Shown here one piece after another: positions 1-13,799 of a DNA stretch of 64,000 bases. This DNA comes from Felis catus (Eukaryota), in the NCBI RefSeq assembly GCF_018350175.1, contig NC_058368.1, forward strand, positions 31,250,001-31,314,000, written 5' to 3'. Under the pieces are notes generated by a model, which searched no databases, was not told the origin of the DNA, and was given only the letters and a program-made list of their open reading frames with translations. Within the stretch, counting starts at the first letter, position 1, and each line of letters begins with the position of its first letter. The translations under genes were made by a program, and so were the position numbers.

Positions 1-190
1 TCTGGCTGAAACCTGATGTGTTTTTACAAAACACAGAGATAGGACTGGGTCTTTATTATCATGTGAACAGCAACGGAGAAGCTACAATGGGAAAGGTGAA
101 AGCTGACCCTGCATGAATTCTAAAACAAAAACTAGAGAGAGAGGGGGGAAACTATAGGAGATCTAATGTAAGAATTAGGAAAATGGAGTT

Positions 191-480
191 GGGGGCATAT
201 AGGTGGCTTAGTTGGTTAAGCCTCCAAATTCTGCTCAGGTCATGATCTCACAGTTGGTTGGTTCGAGCCCCACCTTGGGCTCTTTGCTGACAGTGCAGAG
301 CCTGCTTGGGATTCTCTCTCCCTCTCTCTCTGCTCCTCCCCTGCTCCTGCTTGCTCTCTCTCTCTTTCAAATAAACATAAAATTCTCTCTTTCCCTCTGT
401 TCCTCTCCCCCATGTGGTCTCTCTCTCCAAAATGAAAATTTAAAAAATTAAAAAGATAAAAAGATTTTGAAAATAAAAAA
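191..480 (+). mobile_element. CAN-SINE with a doubled CT/A tail
   Basis: tRNA-derived head (A box, ggttcgagcccc B box), then the (CT)n and A tail twice. TSD aggaaaatggagtt/aggaaaatggcttt. Confidence 0.9.
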
Positions 481-1004
481 AGGAAAATGGCTTTGGGGCT
501 ACAGGGGAGATCTATGCAAAAACAACCTCTAAAATCCAAAAGAGTAAAGCCTCGCCTTCCCTATCCTTTTCCCCCCAACCCTCCAAACTTTGTCCCCGGT
601 TTTGTGGATTACGTGTGGTGAATTAGCTCAATTTCAAACTCCTACACCGCTATTGTCCTACAGCCTCAAATAGTTAGAAAAATAAGCATGTCCATCAGGG
701 GTCACTCTGTGATAATCCAGAAACATTGTTAAGCAAGGGTTAGGGACAGGAGGGGACACAGAGGAGAAGGATAGCACATATTCTTGTGGTCTGGTGGATT
801 GTGGACTTTTAGGGAGATTTAATAGGCAGTAAACTCTCTTCAAACTTAAGAGACTAAATTGACTTGTTCCCTGAGGCTAATAAGTACCTGTCCAGAATTT
901 AAAAAGAGGCTAGGTCACAAGAGTTTTATTAGAAAAACTATTCTTGTGTAAAATGAAGAACATAAAGACATCAGAATCCTAGAAGAATATAGTAATATCA
1001 ATTA

Positions 1005-1270
1005 ATTCCATGAGCAAGTATTTACTGAACGTCTATGTTCAGAGTACTGTATTAATCACTGCCACTGAGATGCTAGATAATCTGGAGAGACATAAATGGC
1101 AAATACAAGGTATTATACATTGTGTTATATAATGAGATGCTAAATTCTGTGATACAGACGTTAGGAGTCAGAAAATGAGGGAAAGGGTATCAGTGTCGAG
1201 AGATAAGGGAGAAGAGAATTCTTCCAGGAGATGAAGCCAAGTTAGCCATAAATGACAAGTAATATGTGAA
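1005..1270 (-). mobile_element. L2 3' end fragment
   Basis: agcaagtatttactgaacgtctatgttcagagtactgtatta resembles the antisense L2 terminus. Confidence 0.45.
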
Positions 1271-2011
1271 TAGGCACATATTATGGAAGACACAAAGGAT
1301 CCAGTTATGGATGATTATATTCAGAACTCCAGGCGCTGCATAGGATCCTTTTCTTGGAAATAAGCTAAGCTTATTCCAAGTCCAAGTGAACTGAGAAAAT
1401 TCATCCCCCCTCACAAAGAACTATCTCATTGCCTGAAAGTACTCATTTTATCACTATAATTTGTGTTAGCGTACTCAAAATGTCACATCAATTTTAAGAG
1501 TTTATCCACGTGATTTATACATCAGACTTTCTTTGGCATCCAAAATCTCAACTTTCCTGTTCACACTTCCTTATTTGTTCCTAGTCACAGACTGCCACAA
1601 TGACTGCTTCCTTGCTCCTGTTTTATTGCTTCCCCCTCATTGATAAATACAGGCAAACAGGAACGGCATAACTTATTTACAGATAAGAAGCTTACTATTT
1701 ATGATCAATAATGTTATATCTCTTTGATCTGGCAACTCAGCTAGAACCATAACAGCCAGAATTTATTACTAGTAAATCAATATGAGGTTCCTCTGCCATG
1801 CATCTCTTTCAGAATCTGTGTAAGTGTAAGGGTTAGCATCATATAATGAGTCCATTCTCTTCTAGATATCTGCATGTTTTTGGATATTGTAAACATGGGA
1901 ATTAATTTTTCACAAGAGAATCTAGACTACATCTTCAGGGAATGACATGTCTATCACTTAGTGGTAGCTAAGGTGCTGGTTCTAAAGTTGTCTTAAGATT
2001 GAGTATATGCT

Positions 2012-2243
2012 GGGGCGCCTGGGTGGCGCAGTCGGTTAAGCGCCTGACTTCAGCCAGGTCACGATCTCGCACTCCGTGAGTACGAGCCCCGTGTCAGGCT
2101 CTGGGCTGATGGCTCAGAGCCTGGAGCCTGTTTCCGATTCTGTGTCTCCCTCTCTCTCTGCCCCTCCCCCGTTCATGCTCTGTCTCTCTCTGTCCCAAAA
2201 ATAAATAAACGTTGAAAAAAAAAAAATTTAAAAAAAAAAAAAA
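2012..2243 (+). mobile_element. SINEC_Fc (young felid CAN-SINE)
   Basis: Near-consensus body. Perfect 17-bp TSD aagattgagtatatgct. Confidence 0.97.
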
Positions 2244-3674
2244 AAGATTGAGTATATGCTGTGAGAGAAATTTCTTAAACATTTTAAGGGCAGTATCTGC
2301 ATGCTAAAATTTCTTTTCCATGTCACAGGTGCAAATGAAAAGCATTCTATTCACAAACTGATGCTCGTTTCTCATTGATTTGTTTCCTGTGGGATTTTAT
2401 TGTCAGGTATATGGGGTTCTGCTTTAATTCCTGGATTCCAATGAGGTGAAACTCCCTGGCATGTCTCAGGAACTAGAGCATGTTAGGCAAACAGAGAAAT
2501 AGTACTTGCCTTAAATTGTACTCGGATGATCTTTGCTTTGATTTTGATGGATCACCTAGCAATCTCTGTGAGTTTTAAGCATCTACATTTTCTGGGTTCC
2601 TGGTCACAGCTGTAGTCAGTTACCCTGACAGGTCCAAAGAATGTATGTAATGAAACACTTTCTTTTGCCAGGGTAATAAAAGACTATAAAGCTTCTAGGA
2701 GATCCATGAAAACTGATAGCATCCTTGATGGGCTTATAGCTTAGAGATCTCATCAGTATCTACCTCTGTCATAATGTATAACAAAAAAGAAAAAACACTG
2801 GAAAACTGACTTGTTTCAGGAGGTGACTGCGACATTCTCATAATCGGATCGGAGATTCTATCATTGTTATCTTAGCAACAAGACACTGCCTTACTTCTGA
2901 GACCACCTTGGTGGAAATGATTTTAAGCAATTCATGTTCTCAGCCTGTCTGCCTCCCACACCAACATATTCTCAGTGGCTTGTATAACCACAGAAAACGA
3001 GTTTGTATTTTCCTTGATAGCTCTGGAAATGTGACTCAAAGGGGTTATTCACAGAGCAAAAACGGAAATAGGTGTAAGTTGATAGACTTATCTGAGTCAT
3101 TTAGAAATTAATTGTAAGTCTTTGGTGTTATCTTAACGTGAGAGATACGTAGAGCTGTGAGCTGCAGAGTAATAATAACAACTTTTAAAATCAGAAGGGC
3201 CACCTTATGTGATGGCAAGTGAACATATGCGCAGGCATCTATATGGGAATTTTGCCTCATGAGATGACTTTATTATTGAATCTTACAGGACACTTGAGCT
3301 GCACTGTTCATCAAAAGATCTCAAGTTATTCAGATAGGACATTAATGACACATAGAAGGCAACATTGAAGCAAAGTCCCCTAACCCGAATAAATTGAATG
3401 ACAATGAACCAAATTGTCCATCCATATTTTGTATGGTTAAAAGGAGATTTTCTACTGTTGCATTTATTGATGTAAAACTTTCCCAAAATATTTGTAGCTC
3501 CTTGTAATACCAAGATATATCCTAATGATCTTTATTTGGTAGGCATCATACCTTTCTAGTTCTTTTCAATTGGTTAATCTAGTTTAGTTCTTCTGATGTC
3601 CTATAGTGTATATGTTCCCTTTTTCAGTAGATATAGACAAGTTTCTAATACATACCTGCTTCCCTTCTCTTCAG

Positions 3675-3709
3675 TTGTTTGTTTGTTTGTTTGTTTGTTT
3701 GTTTGTTTT
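3675..3709. repeat. (TTTG)n microsatellite
   Basis: Direct reading. Confidence 0.95.
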
Positions 3710-3712
3710 AAA

Positions 3713-3872
3713 TCATGGTGGTTGCCACAGGGGAAGTTGCTGGGGTGATGGCTGAAATACAAAAGGGAGATTAACAGTACGTTAGTCATGATGAGCAATC
3801 AGTAATGCACAGAACTGTTGAATCATTTGAAACTAATATAAAACTGTATGTTAATTATACTTAAAAACAAAA
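3713..3872 (+). mobile_element. 5'-truncated L1 3' end (carnivore type)
   Basis: tcatggtggttgccacagggg...tgttgaatc...aaactaatataaaactgtatgttaattatac followed by an A-rich tail. Confidence 0.7.
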
Positions 3873-3900
3873 GAATGGTATTTACTGAAAAAGTTGTCCA

Positions 3901-3904
3901 AAAA

Positions 3905-3939
<35 letters not shown>

Positions 3940-3940
3940 A
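3901..3940. repeat. (TAAA)n microsatellite
   Basis: Direct reading. Confidence 0.95.
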
Positions 3941-3964
3941 GTCATGGTACAGACACTATTTCTT

Positions 3965-4190
3965 TAGTAGATCATGGATTGGGGTTTAAGTTAAATTAAA
4001 GTTTCAATACCACATCTGCTACTTGCTTGCTGACAGATTTTGGACAATTCAAACTTGTTAAATCTGAATTTCTTTATTTACCAGATGTATAAATATAGTA
4101 TTATATTATGCTATATACAAAACCAATAGGGCATTTGTGAGGGTAGATTTTATTTTAGAACAGTTCTTTGAAAGTATCTAGCTTAAAGTA
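3965..4190 (+). mobile_element. MIR SINE remnant
   Basis: Degenerate MIR core (ttcaataccacatctgctacttgcttgctgacagattttggacaa...ctgaatttctttatt). Confidence 0.5.
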
Positions 4191-7140
4191 AACAATATTT
4201 TTATGAACTAAGGGTAAAAAATATTATTCATAGGTACCTAAGCTACATTTGCTAAGTAAGGGTAACTACATAGATGAAATATTCTTCCCTGTCAGAATTC
4301 TATCCAGAACTAGGGACAAAAAGTCAAGTGTATTTTATATATTTAACTTTACTTCTTGATATTTATTTTTGGTGACCTGGGCTCAGTTAAGTATTGTTCA
4401 GAATAATATTATCTTTGTCATCAAAGACCCATGCCTAGAACTCTGAGATCATGAGTTTCATAATTGCACTTCACTCCTAAAACTTTAAACAATCTCCAAC
4501 TATAGTATTGACTTATGATTCACAATTTATTATTTATTAATATTTTTGATTCATTAAGAGGGGTAAAATTACATCCACCTTCTAATAAAATTCAACCCAA
4601 GGGATAACTGTGAATAGAAACTGTGTCCACTGGATTGTCAAATATTAGTCATTTCTGTTTTACTTGATTAACTAAAACAACTGACTGGTGACTTCCTGGA
4701 AACAGTGGTCCCTCCAGGGCCACCCATGGGTCCCTTGGCACCCTGGTTGGAAGGCAATGCTCTACATAATTGACAAATAATTCTCACTCATGAATAAATA
4801 ACTGTGCTGACCTCCAGGCTGTTGCCTATAGAACATGGTACAAATTCCTTCTATTTTTTACTTTTTAATCTTTCTTAAAGTATTTTACTATTTCTCCCTT
4901 CTGTCAAAACATATCAATGTTATTTTGAAAAACTTTGATCCATAATGCCACTGTTCCACCTTTTCTTCCTTTTCTGTATAAATATCCATCACTGCTGACA
5001 TTTAATGTTCATGAATGATTGTAGCAGATTTCACTTATGCATGATTGGGTATGATTTTCTATATTTAGACATGTGTTTGGTTTATCCATAAAATTTCTCA
5101 AAGGTTGTTAAAGCAATCACATTTATTTTTATAGAATAAATTTGACCAAGATATTTAAAATATTTTTTCAGCTTATAAATATAAGTACATACTTTCCTGC
5201 CAATTAAAACAAACTAGTAAATCATTAGAATAGACATTTCACAAAATCTTATATGAAACACATTCAGAGAATTCAAATTAGAAGACCTGAGCAATGTCTT
5301 TTGATAAAACTGTACTATACTACAGCCTGACATCTTATAGATGTTGGACTCCTTGTTCTTGTAATATTTCACCTGCTGCAGATTGAGCCTTAAAAGATCA
5401 GTTGAGATGCCACATTACAGCTTTGCACAGATGTGGCCACCAATGTAGGGTTGCTTTAAGAGTTAGCTGGGTTTTTTGTTTTGTTTTGGGTTTTTTTGTT
5501 TTGTTTTTGTCTAGTGTGATTCAAATTACCTGTGGTTAATTCCCACAGAGAATTAAAGAATCTTATTAGGAAACACTGTATTTTATTTTAGACACTAAAT
5601 TTCTTCTGTATGACTGAGGGAATTATCTACCAGTCTAGAAATAGCTTTTAATTAAAACATTTTGGGCACACATACATCCACATCTTGGGGGTCTTGCTCT
5701 ATAGTGTTTTGTTTTGTTTTTTTTTTTTAAATCATAAACCACCATTTGGTTAATTAAGATGCAGGGACAACTTTTACTCACATACCCAGAAGACATTACT
5801 ACAGCATGGTTTCCTTGGAAGTCAGTCTTACTGCTTAGGCCAAAGGAAGTCCAAGTATACACACGCATACACACTCACACACACACATGCATGCACATCC
5901 ATGTGTACACATATGGACGTGTTTATATGATGTATACTGATGAGTATACATATACATGCACAAATATATCTGCATAATGCATACTTGATTAAATTACAAA
6001 TTTTATTTTAGATATCAAATAGCTTAGTAATTGTAACTCATGGGAATTATCTAGTTTAAAGCAGATATAGCGGTCGAGGAAGGAGAAATGATCAGGTACT
6101 CAGGCATGAAAGGCAACCAGTCCAGAGGGCAGGGGGCAATGTGTCCACTCCCACAGGTTGCCTAGCTCTGTCATGAGCCCTTTTTGCATAGCATCACTGT
6201 ATAGATACTGCCACCCTAGCCACTTTGTCAAGAGTCTTTCTCTTACCCAGGCATTACCACTAATTTTTATGGGTGCTGGATCCTCACAAAGTAAGTTGGA
6301 GTCAAGTTCCACAGATAGATTTGTAGTCTGATTGGCTATTACTCCTCTGCTTCCAATTCTTTTCTATTGTCATGGTCCCCTGAATATGAAGTGCAACCCA
6401 CCGATAGCACATACAGAATCTTTATGTGCCTTGCCAAAAGGCATCACATCGGGGCAGACCAAACAGAAGGCACGAATCCCCCCACCCCGACGCCCCACAG
6501 AGGATGCAGACTATTTCAGAGTGCAAAGCTGAGTGAGCCTAGTGAGGGAAGGATTTCTGCCCCCACCTGCAGGCTCTCAGCCAACCGTCTCTGTGCAGGG
6601 CACAATTGACATAGGCCTATGTGTCACCCTTAACGAGAAGCCTGCACTGGGCCACATAACTTACGCTATAATAACTTGTAATGGCTTAACCTAAGTTAAT
6701 TTTTCTAGACCCCTGCTGTAATTCTTAACACAACTAGTCTATGTTGTTTTGGGATCTTGCCAAAATCAGGGAGAGCTCTTTCCTTTTTACAAATCTCCCT
6801 GTTAATTAATTGCTTAGTTTTTTTCAAAGCTCTGAGATGAAATTTCAGGACATTATGAAGTAGAAATAATGTCAAAGTTTTTTTTTTCTTTCTTTTTTTT
6901 TTTTTTTTTCAAATGCCCGTTTGGAATCTTTCCAAAACAAATGGGGTTGACAAAGAGGTTTGCCAAAATCAAGTTTAATAGCCACTATGAGGCAACTGCT
7001 TCAAAAGAGGATACTTCCTATCCTCCTCTATAATCTTCTCAGAGACGGGGAGCTTCGATAAGGAGGACATCCAATTACTAATTTTTCCCCTTTTTTGAAA
7101 CACTCAAAGCAAGGATTTCTATGGCTTCTAAAATAAACAC

Positions 7141-7345
7141 TTTTTAATTTTTTTTTTATTTTGAGAGCGAGTGAGCATGTGAGCAGGGGAAGGGCAGAGA
7201 AAGAGAGGGAGAGATAGAATCCCAAGCAGTCCCCACACTCTCAGTGCAGACCCCCTACTCAGAGATCAGTCTCATCAACTGTGAGATCAGGACTCAAGCA
7301 GAAATCAAGAGCCAGGTGCTTAACCTGGACACCCAGATGCACCTC
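7141..7345 (-). mobile_element. Older CAN-SINE
   Basis: Antisense T tail, (GA)n and head. TSD aaaataaaca(c/t)ttt. Confidence 0.88.
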
Positions 7346-9879
7346 CAAAATAAACATTTAAAAGTAGCAGTCAAACAAAACTTTCGGTAGATGAAAGATA
7401 GGTAGATGAAAAGACTTCCACTACGTTTTTCTCCCTTAAACAGCATGGGTAAAATATCTCTTGGGCTAGAACATTGATGGTGGAGACAACTCATTTTTCC
7501 TATTTCTCCCCCAAGAAAACAAAAGAAGAATTGTGGTCTGGTCAAGTGTAGAAAGCTCCCTCGCTGAAGCCAGTAGCATCCCCAACTGTATTCAAGGTAT
7601 AAATTACTTTGAAGGTTTTGGTATTATGTTGACTTGGATTCAAATTCTGCCTCTGACACCTCTAAGTAAAGAGTTAAGGTTTTTGGAATACACAAATCAA
7701 GTTATTAAATCATGTTGTTTCTGAATATAATGTAATCCATAATTTCACTGACCACAACATCCTCTAGGGAATCAAATGGTTTTCCCACTGTCTGAGAATA
7801 TCTACATGTTTGAAATATAAAATACAGCTATGAAAGGGGAGGCTTGAGTGACTGTTTTTATTTTAAACAAGTGAAGGATCTGCCGACTTTGGCAGTATCT
7901 ATACCAGAATTAGAAAACACCAAGGAGCTCTTTGTGGTCCCTGGGCAAGGGTAAGCTGGACTTCCTGAAGTGAAACTCACTGTAAAAAATAGGAATAATT
8001 TACTTAAGTCTCATTTTACTCAAATCCTTCTAGATATAGTTAGATATCTAGAAATAAACCAAGCAATCTGTGAACCAGGAAGGTAGATTTAGATCACGTA
8101 TCAATGTTCAGGGGCAGTACTTGTATAGATGTATAAGTGCTATTACTGGCTTGATCAAGAAATAAATAATTATCTTTAGACTCCCTCAAAAGTAGTGGCT
8201 CATAGACTTTTCTAAAGAAGCTGAAACTTGAGTCGCAAGATGCCCCAAACGCATACACAGCAATCCATTGACAGAATGCAAAATGTCCAGGCCTCCTCAC
8301 TGGGAGTCCTCACTGGGATTTCTCACGGTTTATGTTGACAAACTTGCAGTCAGCAAGTTCTTATTTAGAAAAGTACCTGTGGATGTTGTTTCCGGTGAAA
8401 TACAGGCTTGAAGCAAAGCCTGAATACAGCAAAGCTGAAATACAGACTTATGCAAAATTAGGAAGTTATGTATACAGAAAAGTTGTGGGATACAGAAGTG
8501 GGATACCTTAATATGTGAATAAAATCCCCATAATGCCATCTATAAAGGTTTTAAAATAAGAAAAAGCCCCATTAAGCCCCCATATCTGTCACATCAATAA
8601 ACATGGAGAAATACATTAAACCAGAGATGTGAACTACTTATCTTAACAGAGGGACTGACAACAGTCACTGTCTGTATGACTGGACTTTCTGAAGCAATAA
8701 TTGGTTAATAGTACAATTTAGATCTCTTACTTAAATTGAGTTTGTATTTCACTCTGAATTTCAGTATTACATTAATGACTATTGTAATGAACTCATTAAA
8801 TCTGAAAGTCAATGTAAATTTATTATCAGAAGACTTTTAGTAAATTACATTGGCAGGTGAGAAAAAAATGGTTTAATATTGTCTATTTGATTATTTCATA
8901 ACCTATGTACAGATTATAAAGCAGTTTCTGGTTGCTAAATTCTTATTTCAGTTGTAATTACCTGCTATAGAAGTATACTTTTCAATGGAAAATCATAGCA
9001 TAATGATCCATGATTCTCCTTACCACATCTTTTCATGGAGAACACTTCTTATATTTAAAATTTGTTTTATGGCATAATAAGATTCAAATATTTTAACAGG
9101 GTTGGGGGAAGGAATCAGTCTCCAGATTACCCTTCCTTATCCCTGTTTCCCACACCCTTCTGAAAAATTAATAACTAAAATTTTTTGGTTATTTTCATTT
9201 CTAAAGTTGGTGTTCTTCTGATGTGTTTTAATTTTTTAAAAATATATTACCTATGATTTCTTTCTATGAAAGTTCGGGGTTTTGTTCTAGAACCTACCTT
9301 CTATCACTCACTGAGCATGTGTACACCTATACATATGTAAACATCTACACACATTCCACTTCCTATCCTTTTTATGTAATTTTATTAATTTTTAAAGAAA
9401 ATTTTGTTTGCGTTGTTAACACAATGTAAATATTATTCAGTGCTAAGTCATGAAGTTCACTATGATTATATTCTCTTTTTTAAGCACATTTCTGTTGACT
9501 CTGGAGGGAAAATTGCCTTACTTATCACTTGTTTCATTTTCTTTGTCACTAACAGGATTCAGCCGAAAACCCTACAAGGGAAGTATAAATATCCGTTCAA
9601 TATTTAAAAAAAAATCACATAATCTATCAGAGAGATATATTATTTTCTTGGCTATATCTTCTCTGGAGACTTTTAGGTCCTTCTCATGTCTGGACCAGCT
9701 GCTTTCTAGGTCTGCTGCATGGATGTCACCCTGGGGGAGGGGGGACATTTGTCCTATCCTGTTATTATGCTATGCTATATTAATATATTATTCTAATTAT
9801 TTTAGAGAAATTAGAAACTTGGTGTGAATGGGAAAATTTTTTAACATGTGTATACCTAAGGTTTCTTTTAATTTTAGCC

Positions 9880-11790
9880 TCACACAGGACTGAAAGTTTT
9901 ATGTGATACTGACTGCTTATTTGACAATCCTCTGACCTCCATATTCTGAAGATAGCATTTCTTTATCATCCAGCTCTTAACTGTTGAGAAGCCTAATTCC
10001 CTATGTTTGAGTTAAAGTGTGCAATGTTTGTTTTTTTTCTTTCCCATGGATGTCTTCAAAAATCTCTTTTAATTCTCAATTATTTAGAAATTTCCTGATG
10101 ATGTTTGGTGTGGGTCATTTCTCATTCATTTTGCTGGGCCCCTGATAAGCCTTTTCAGTCTAGAAAGTCATGTTCTTTTTTCCTCTAATATTTCTTGGTA
10201 ATTTCTTCCTCTTGTTTTCTCTGATCCTATTTCTGGAGCTTCCCTCACAGAGTAAGATAATAGTGAGGAGAAAACTGGAGCTCCTGGTTTAGCTTCAAAT
10301 TTTCTTTCCTATCTTCCATTTCTTGATCTTTTTCTTCTGCCCTCTGAACGATTTCCTCAAAAAATATAGACATATACAAGGAACCTTTAAAACTTTGTTA
10401 CTTTCTGAAGGTAACTTTTAATTTTATCTAAGCATTTGGTTTTTGTAACTTGGATGCATGGAGGCAAAATTTTCTCCTACCTCAGTGACATAATCACAGT
10501 GTGTTCACTTTGTTTTGCTCTACTTACCATTTTATTTCTGTTACCTCAGTGGTTTGCTCACTTTGTTCTGTCTGTCTTATTAGAGGCTTTTCTAAAATGG
10601 CTGGCATTGCAGGACTTCCATTCATATTTCCAAGAGAAGATCTAAATACAGACTGAAAGCCCTGGGCATGTGCAGGGCTTGTTGAGTGATGGGTTGTGAA
10701 GCTGGACGTACTCCTTTCCAATTGCTATCTTTAACAAATTACCTCCAACTTGGTGGCTTAAACAATACAAATTGATTATTCTACAGTTCTATAGGTTGGA
10801 AATCCAACACAAATCCCACTGGGCTAAAATCAAGGTGTTCACAGGGCCATGTTGCCTTGTGGAAGCTCTAAAGAAAAATCCATTTACTTCCTTTTTCTAC
10901 CTTCTTGACAGAAGCCACTCACATTCCCTGCTTCCTAGACCTCCTTCTCCATCTTCAAATCTAGCAATGGTGGGTGAGTCCACTTCTTTTCACATCATTT
11001 GAACCCTTCTTCCATGCTCACTCCTCCTACTGACTACTGCCAGGAGAGGTTATCTGCTTTTAAGGACCCATGTGATCAAATTGGGGCCATCTGGATAATA
11101 CAGGATAACTTCCTTATCCGTAACTTATGATCCTTAATCACATCTGCAAACTCCCTTGTCATGCAAGGTAACATACTGACATCATCCAGGTATTAGGATC
11201 TAAATATCTTTAAAGTCCATTATTCCACCTACCAGAAGAGGATCAAGCAGAGACCCAATTGTTTTGTTGGTAAACAGTTTTCACTAGTTTCAGTTCTTTG
11301 CTATCTGAGTGCCCTAAGCTTTGTGTATAAGCCTGGGTGCCAGCTTTCTATGAGTCAAATGCTGGAAATGATGGGGGTCAAAGTGATTAGGATGCAAGGT
11401 TCCTTTGTCTGTCCCTGGTACACTTGAGTTTAGGGACTTTCTCATGCAACCTCTGCAGAGAGCAAACCTCCAAGTGTGCTTAGAGTTAGGGGCAGGCCAT
11501 CAGCTCTCCACACAAAGTGAATATGAACTGTAAACCCATTGTGTTATTCTTCAAGTCTGCATTCTCAAGTCTTATAGGCCAGCTTCTTGATGCCCACCAG
11601 CCTGCAGTCAAGTTTTCAGCTTTCCCACAGCTGCTGAGTTACACTGTAAATCTGCTTTCCATCTTCCAAACTTTGGTTGGCATTTCTCATCTGTTGTCAT
11701 TTCCTCTGCTATTCTCTGGCCTTATCCATTTCTGAACACTTCATTATCATTTCAGTGAGTTTCAGGAGACAGTGAAGGCGTGCATGTATG
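9880..11790 (-). mobile_element. Ancient L1ME/HAL1-like ORF1/5' fragments, interrupted by MLT1D
   Basis: T-rich antisense ORF1-like sequence (ctgttgagaagcct..., gaaatttcctgatgatgtttggtgtgggtc). Boundaries are approximate. Confidence 0.5.
10715..11234 (-). mobile_element. MaLR solo LTR, MLT1D-like
   Basis: taacaaattacc..aacttggtggcttaaacaa...ctgggctaaaatcaaggtgt...ccttaatcacatctgcaaa...ccattattccacctacca. Confidence 0.85.
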
Positions 11791-13594
11791 TTCGATACAT
11801 CACCTAGATTTGCATCAACTAGATTTCCCTATGCATAGGAATTAATGAAAACATACACCTTCTTATGTCTCCCTATTCAAAGTTAGTTTTTGCAATTTTG
11901 TTTGCCTTATGCTGAGTCATTCTCACACTGTAGTATTCTATAGTATTAGGTATGGTATGAAGGATTTACAGTTTAGATATAGTTAAAACAATCTTATGCA
12001 ACAACAATCTGTCATTTGAATGCATACGTATAAGGTGTTTATTTTGAAAGAAGAGAATATTAAACTCTAGGGGAAAAAGGGGAATGATCATAAGATAGAA
12101 CTATTGCTACCAAATTAAATGTGCAAAGATTATGGTGGGCCATCATTACAATCTAAGTATCTGCATCATCCTTACTGAAATCTATTCACTGATCTTGGTA
12201 ATTTTGTTTTTTTCTAATTTTATACATGCTTTACAGCAGAAGAAATGCTGTTGGGTGTTATCAGAAAAAGAACAGAAAATAATTATAATAATCCATAGAA
12301 AATCTTTAACTTCCTTTTTTAATGTTGTTGTAAGAATAAGTGAAATTCAATTCATTTTTATAATGTATCAAAACAATGTATTTCTCAAAATAAAAGTAGG
12401 GCCAAATGCTAAAAATTCATGTGTTTTCTTTGCTTCCTTGCATTTTCTTTTAGAGCTCAATGATATAAATATTAAATAATTGGATCCAGTGTATAATTTG
12501 GAAGCAAAACTTTTTTCATGTTTAAAATTAATTGAACTTGCAAAAACAAATTGCTAGAAGGCATTTGGAATGCCCCAGGCTCAGACATAATGAATAAACC
12601 CTGTCTGATCTCCAGGGTATTACCTTTGGTAAGCTTTTTCTTTTGTTTGGAAACTTTCATTTTTCTTAAGATTCTAAAATTACAGGTTGTCAACACATAT
12701 GGTACATCTTGTAATCTACAGCATGTAAATAGTAGGCAAATAAATACATGGATTTGTAAATAGTGAAAATAAGATATGGTGAAAGAAAGGATAACTACTA
12801 TTCTTGAAAATTAACATTATAGAACTTTAGCTTCATGATAAAGGAAAGTATAAGGTAAGATGGAATCTCTGCAAAAACAAAGCAGTGTAGGAAGTAAGAA
12901 AACCAGGAAAGTAAATAATAGGCTGGGAGGAAAACGTTACTTTGCTAAGGGACATCTGAAAAATTCAAGTTAAATGACCCTAAGGCATGGTGGTTAGCTC
13001 AGGTGTCCTTCAAGCAGGTGGAGACCAGGTAGAAACCATGATAGCAGGAACTGGTGCCCAGGCAACACCAAGGGACATGGGAATCTGTGAAATCAGTTTT
13101 AGGTGATCTGTTCATTAACAAGGCACTACCAAGAAACCTTGGTGAAAAGGAGGAGGAGATACTTGGGCTCACCAAAACTCAGCAATTATACTTGGATGCA
13201 GGGAAGAGCATTAGAGCCTTAAGTAGGGGAGCTATCATACAGGTAAGCTTACATTACAGGTAAGGGAGTATTAAGTTTTAAGAGACAAATTATTAGGTCT
13301 ATGTCAGTGACACTAATTCCATGCCTCCCCATATAGTGAGAGTTAATGGCTAGTACATTTCCTACCAAGATCAGTATTTTTTGTAATAAATCCACAAGTA
13401 GACTTCAGAGAGAAGGGCTGGGGGCGGTAGGGACAGGCAAAATGAAAAATCCATTAATCGCCACAAAGTTGATTTTCTGAGGCTTTAAATGAAGGTGTAT
13501 TTGGATAGGAGTTTAGTCCCACTATGACAACAAGTACACGAGGTCGAATTTTATGATCAGAAACTGAATATTTGACTCCAGATATTGACAAGCT

Positions 13595-13799
13595 CAATGG
13601 TTCTTAATCCTAGCTGTGTGTTAGAATCACCAGGGTCTTAAAAAAAAAACAAAACAAAAAACAAAAAAAACAAAAAACAAAAAAATAAACTGAAGCCTGG
13701 ACCTCCTTAAATCAGATTCTCTGCAGGTAGGGCTTCGGCAGCACTATTTGTAAAGACTCCCCCGGTGATTCTAATGTGCATCTAGGCTGAGAACTACTG
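13595..13799. mobile_element. MER5A-like hAT-Charlie MITE
   Basis: Terminal inverted repeats caatggttctta / tgagaactactg; ttagaatcacc...aatcagattctct...ccccggtgattctaatgtgca; internal A-rich expansion. Confidence 0.85.

Noticed and set aside
2012..2100. tRNA-like A/B boxes at SINE heads
   Set aside because: These are the tRNA-derived heads of CAN-SINEs, not tRNA genes.
6115..6140. ccagagggcag, CTCF-like core
   Set aside because: The 5' half of the motif mismatches, and there is no supporting evidence.
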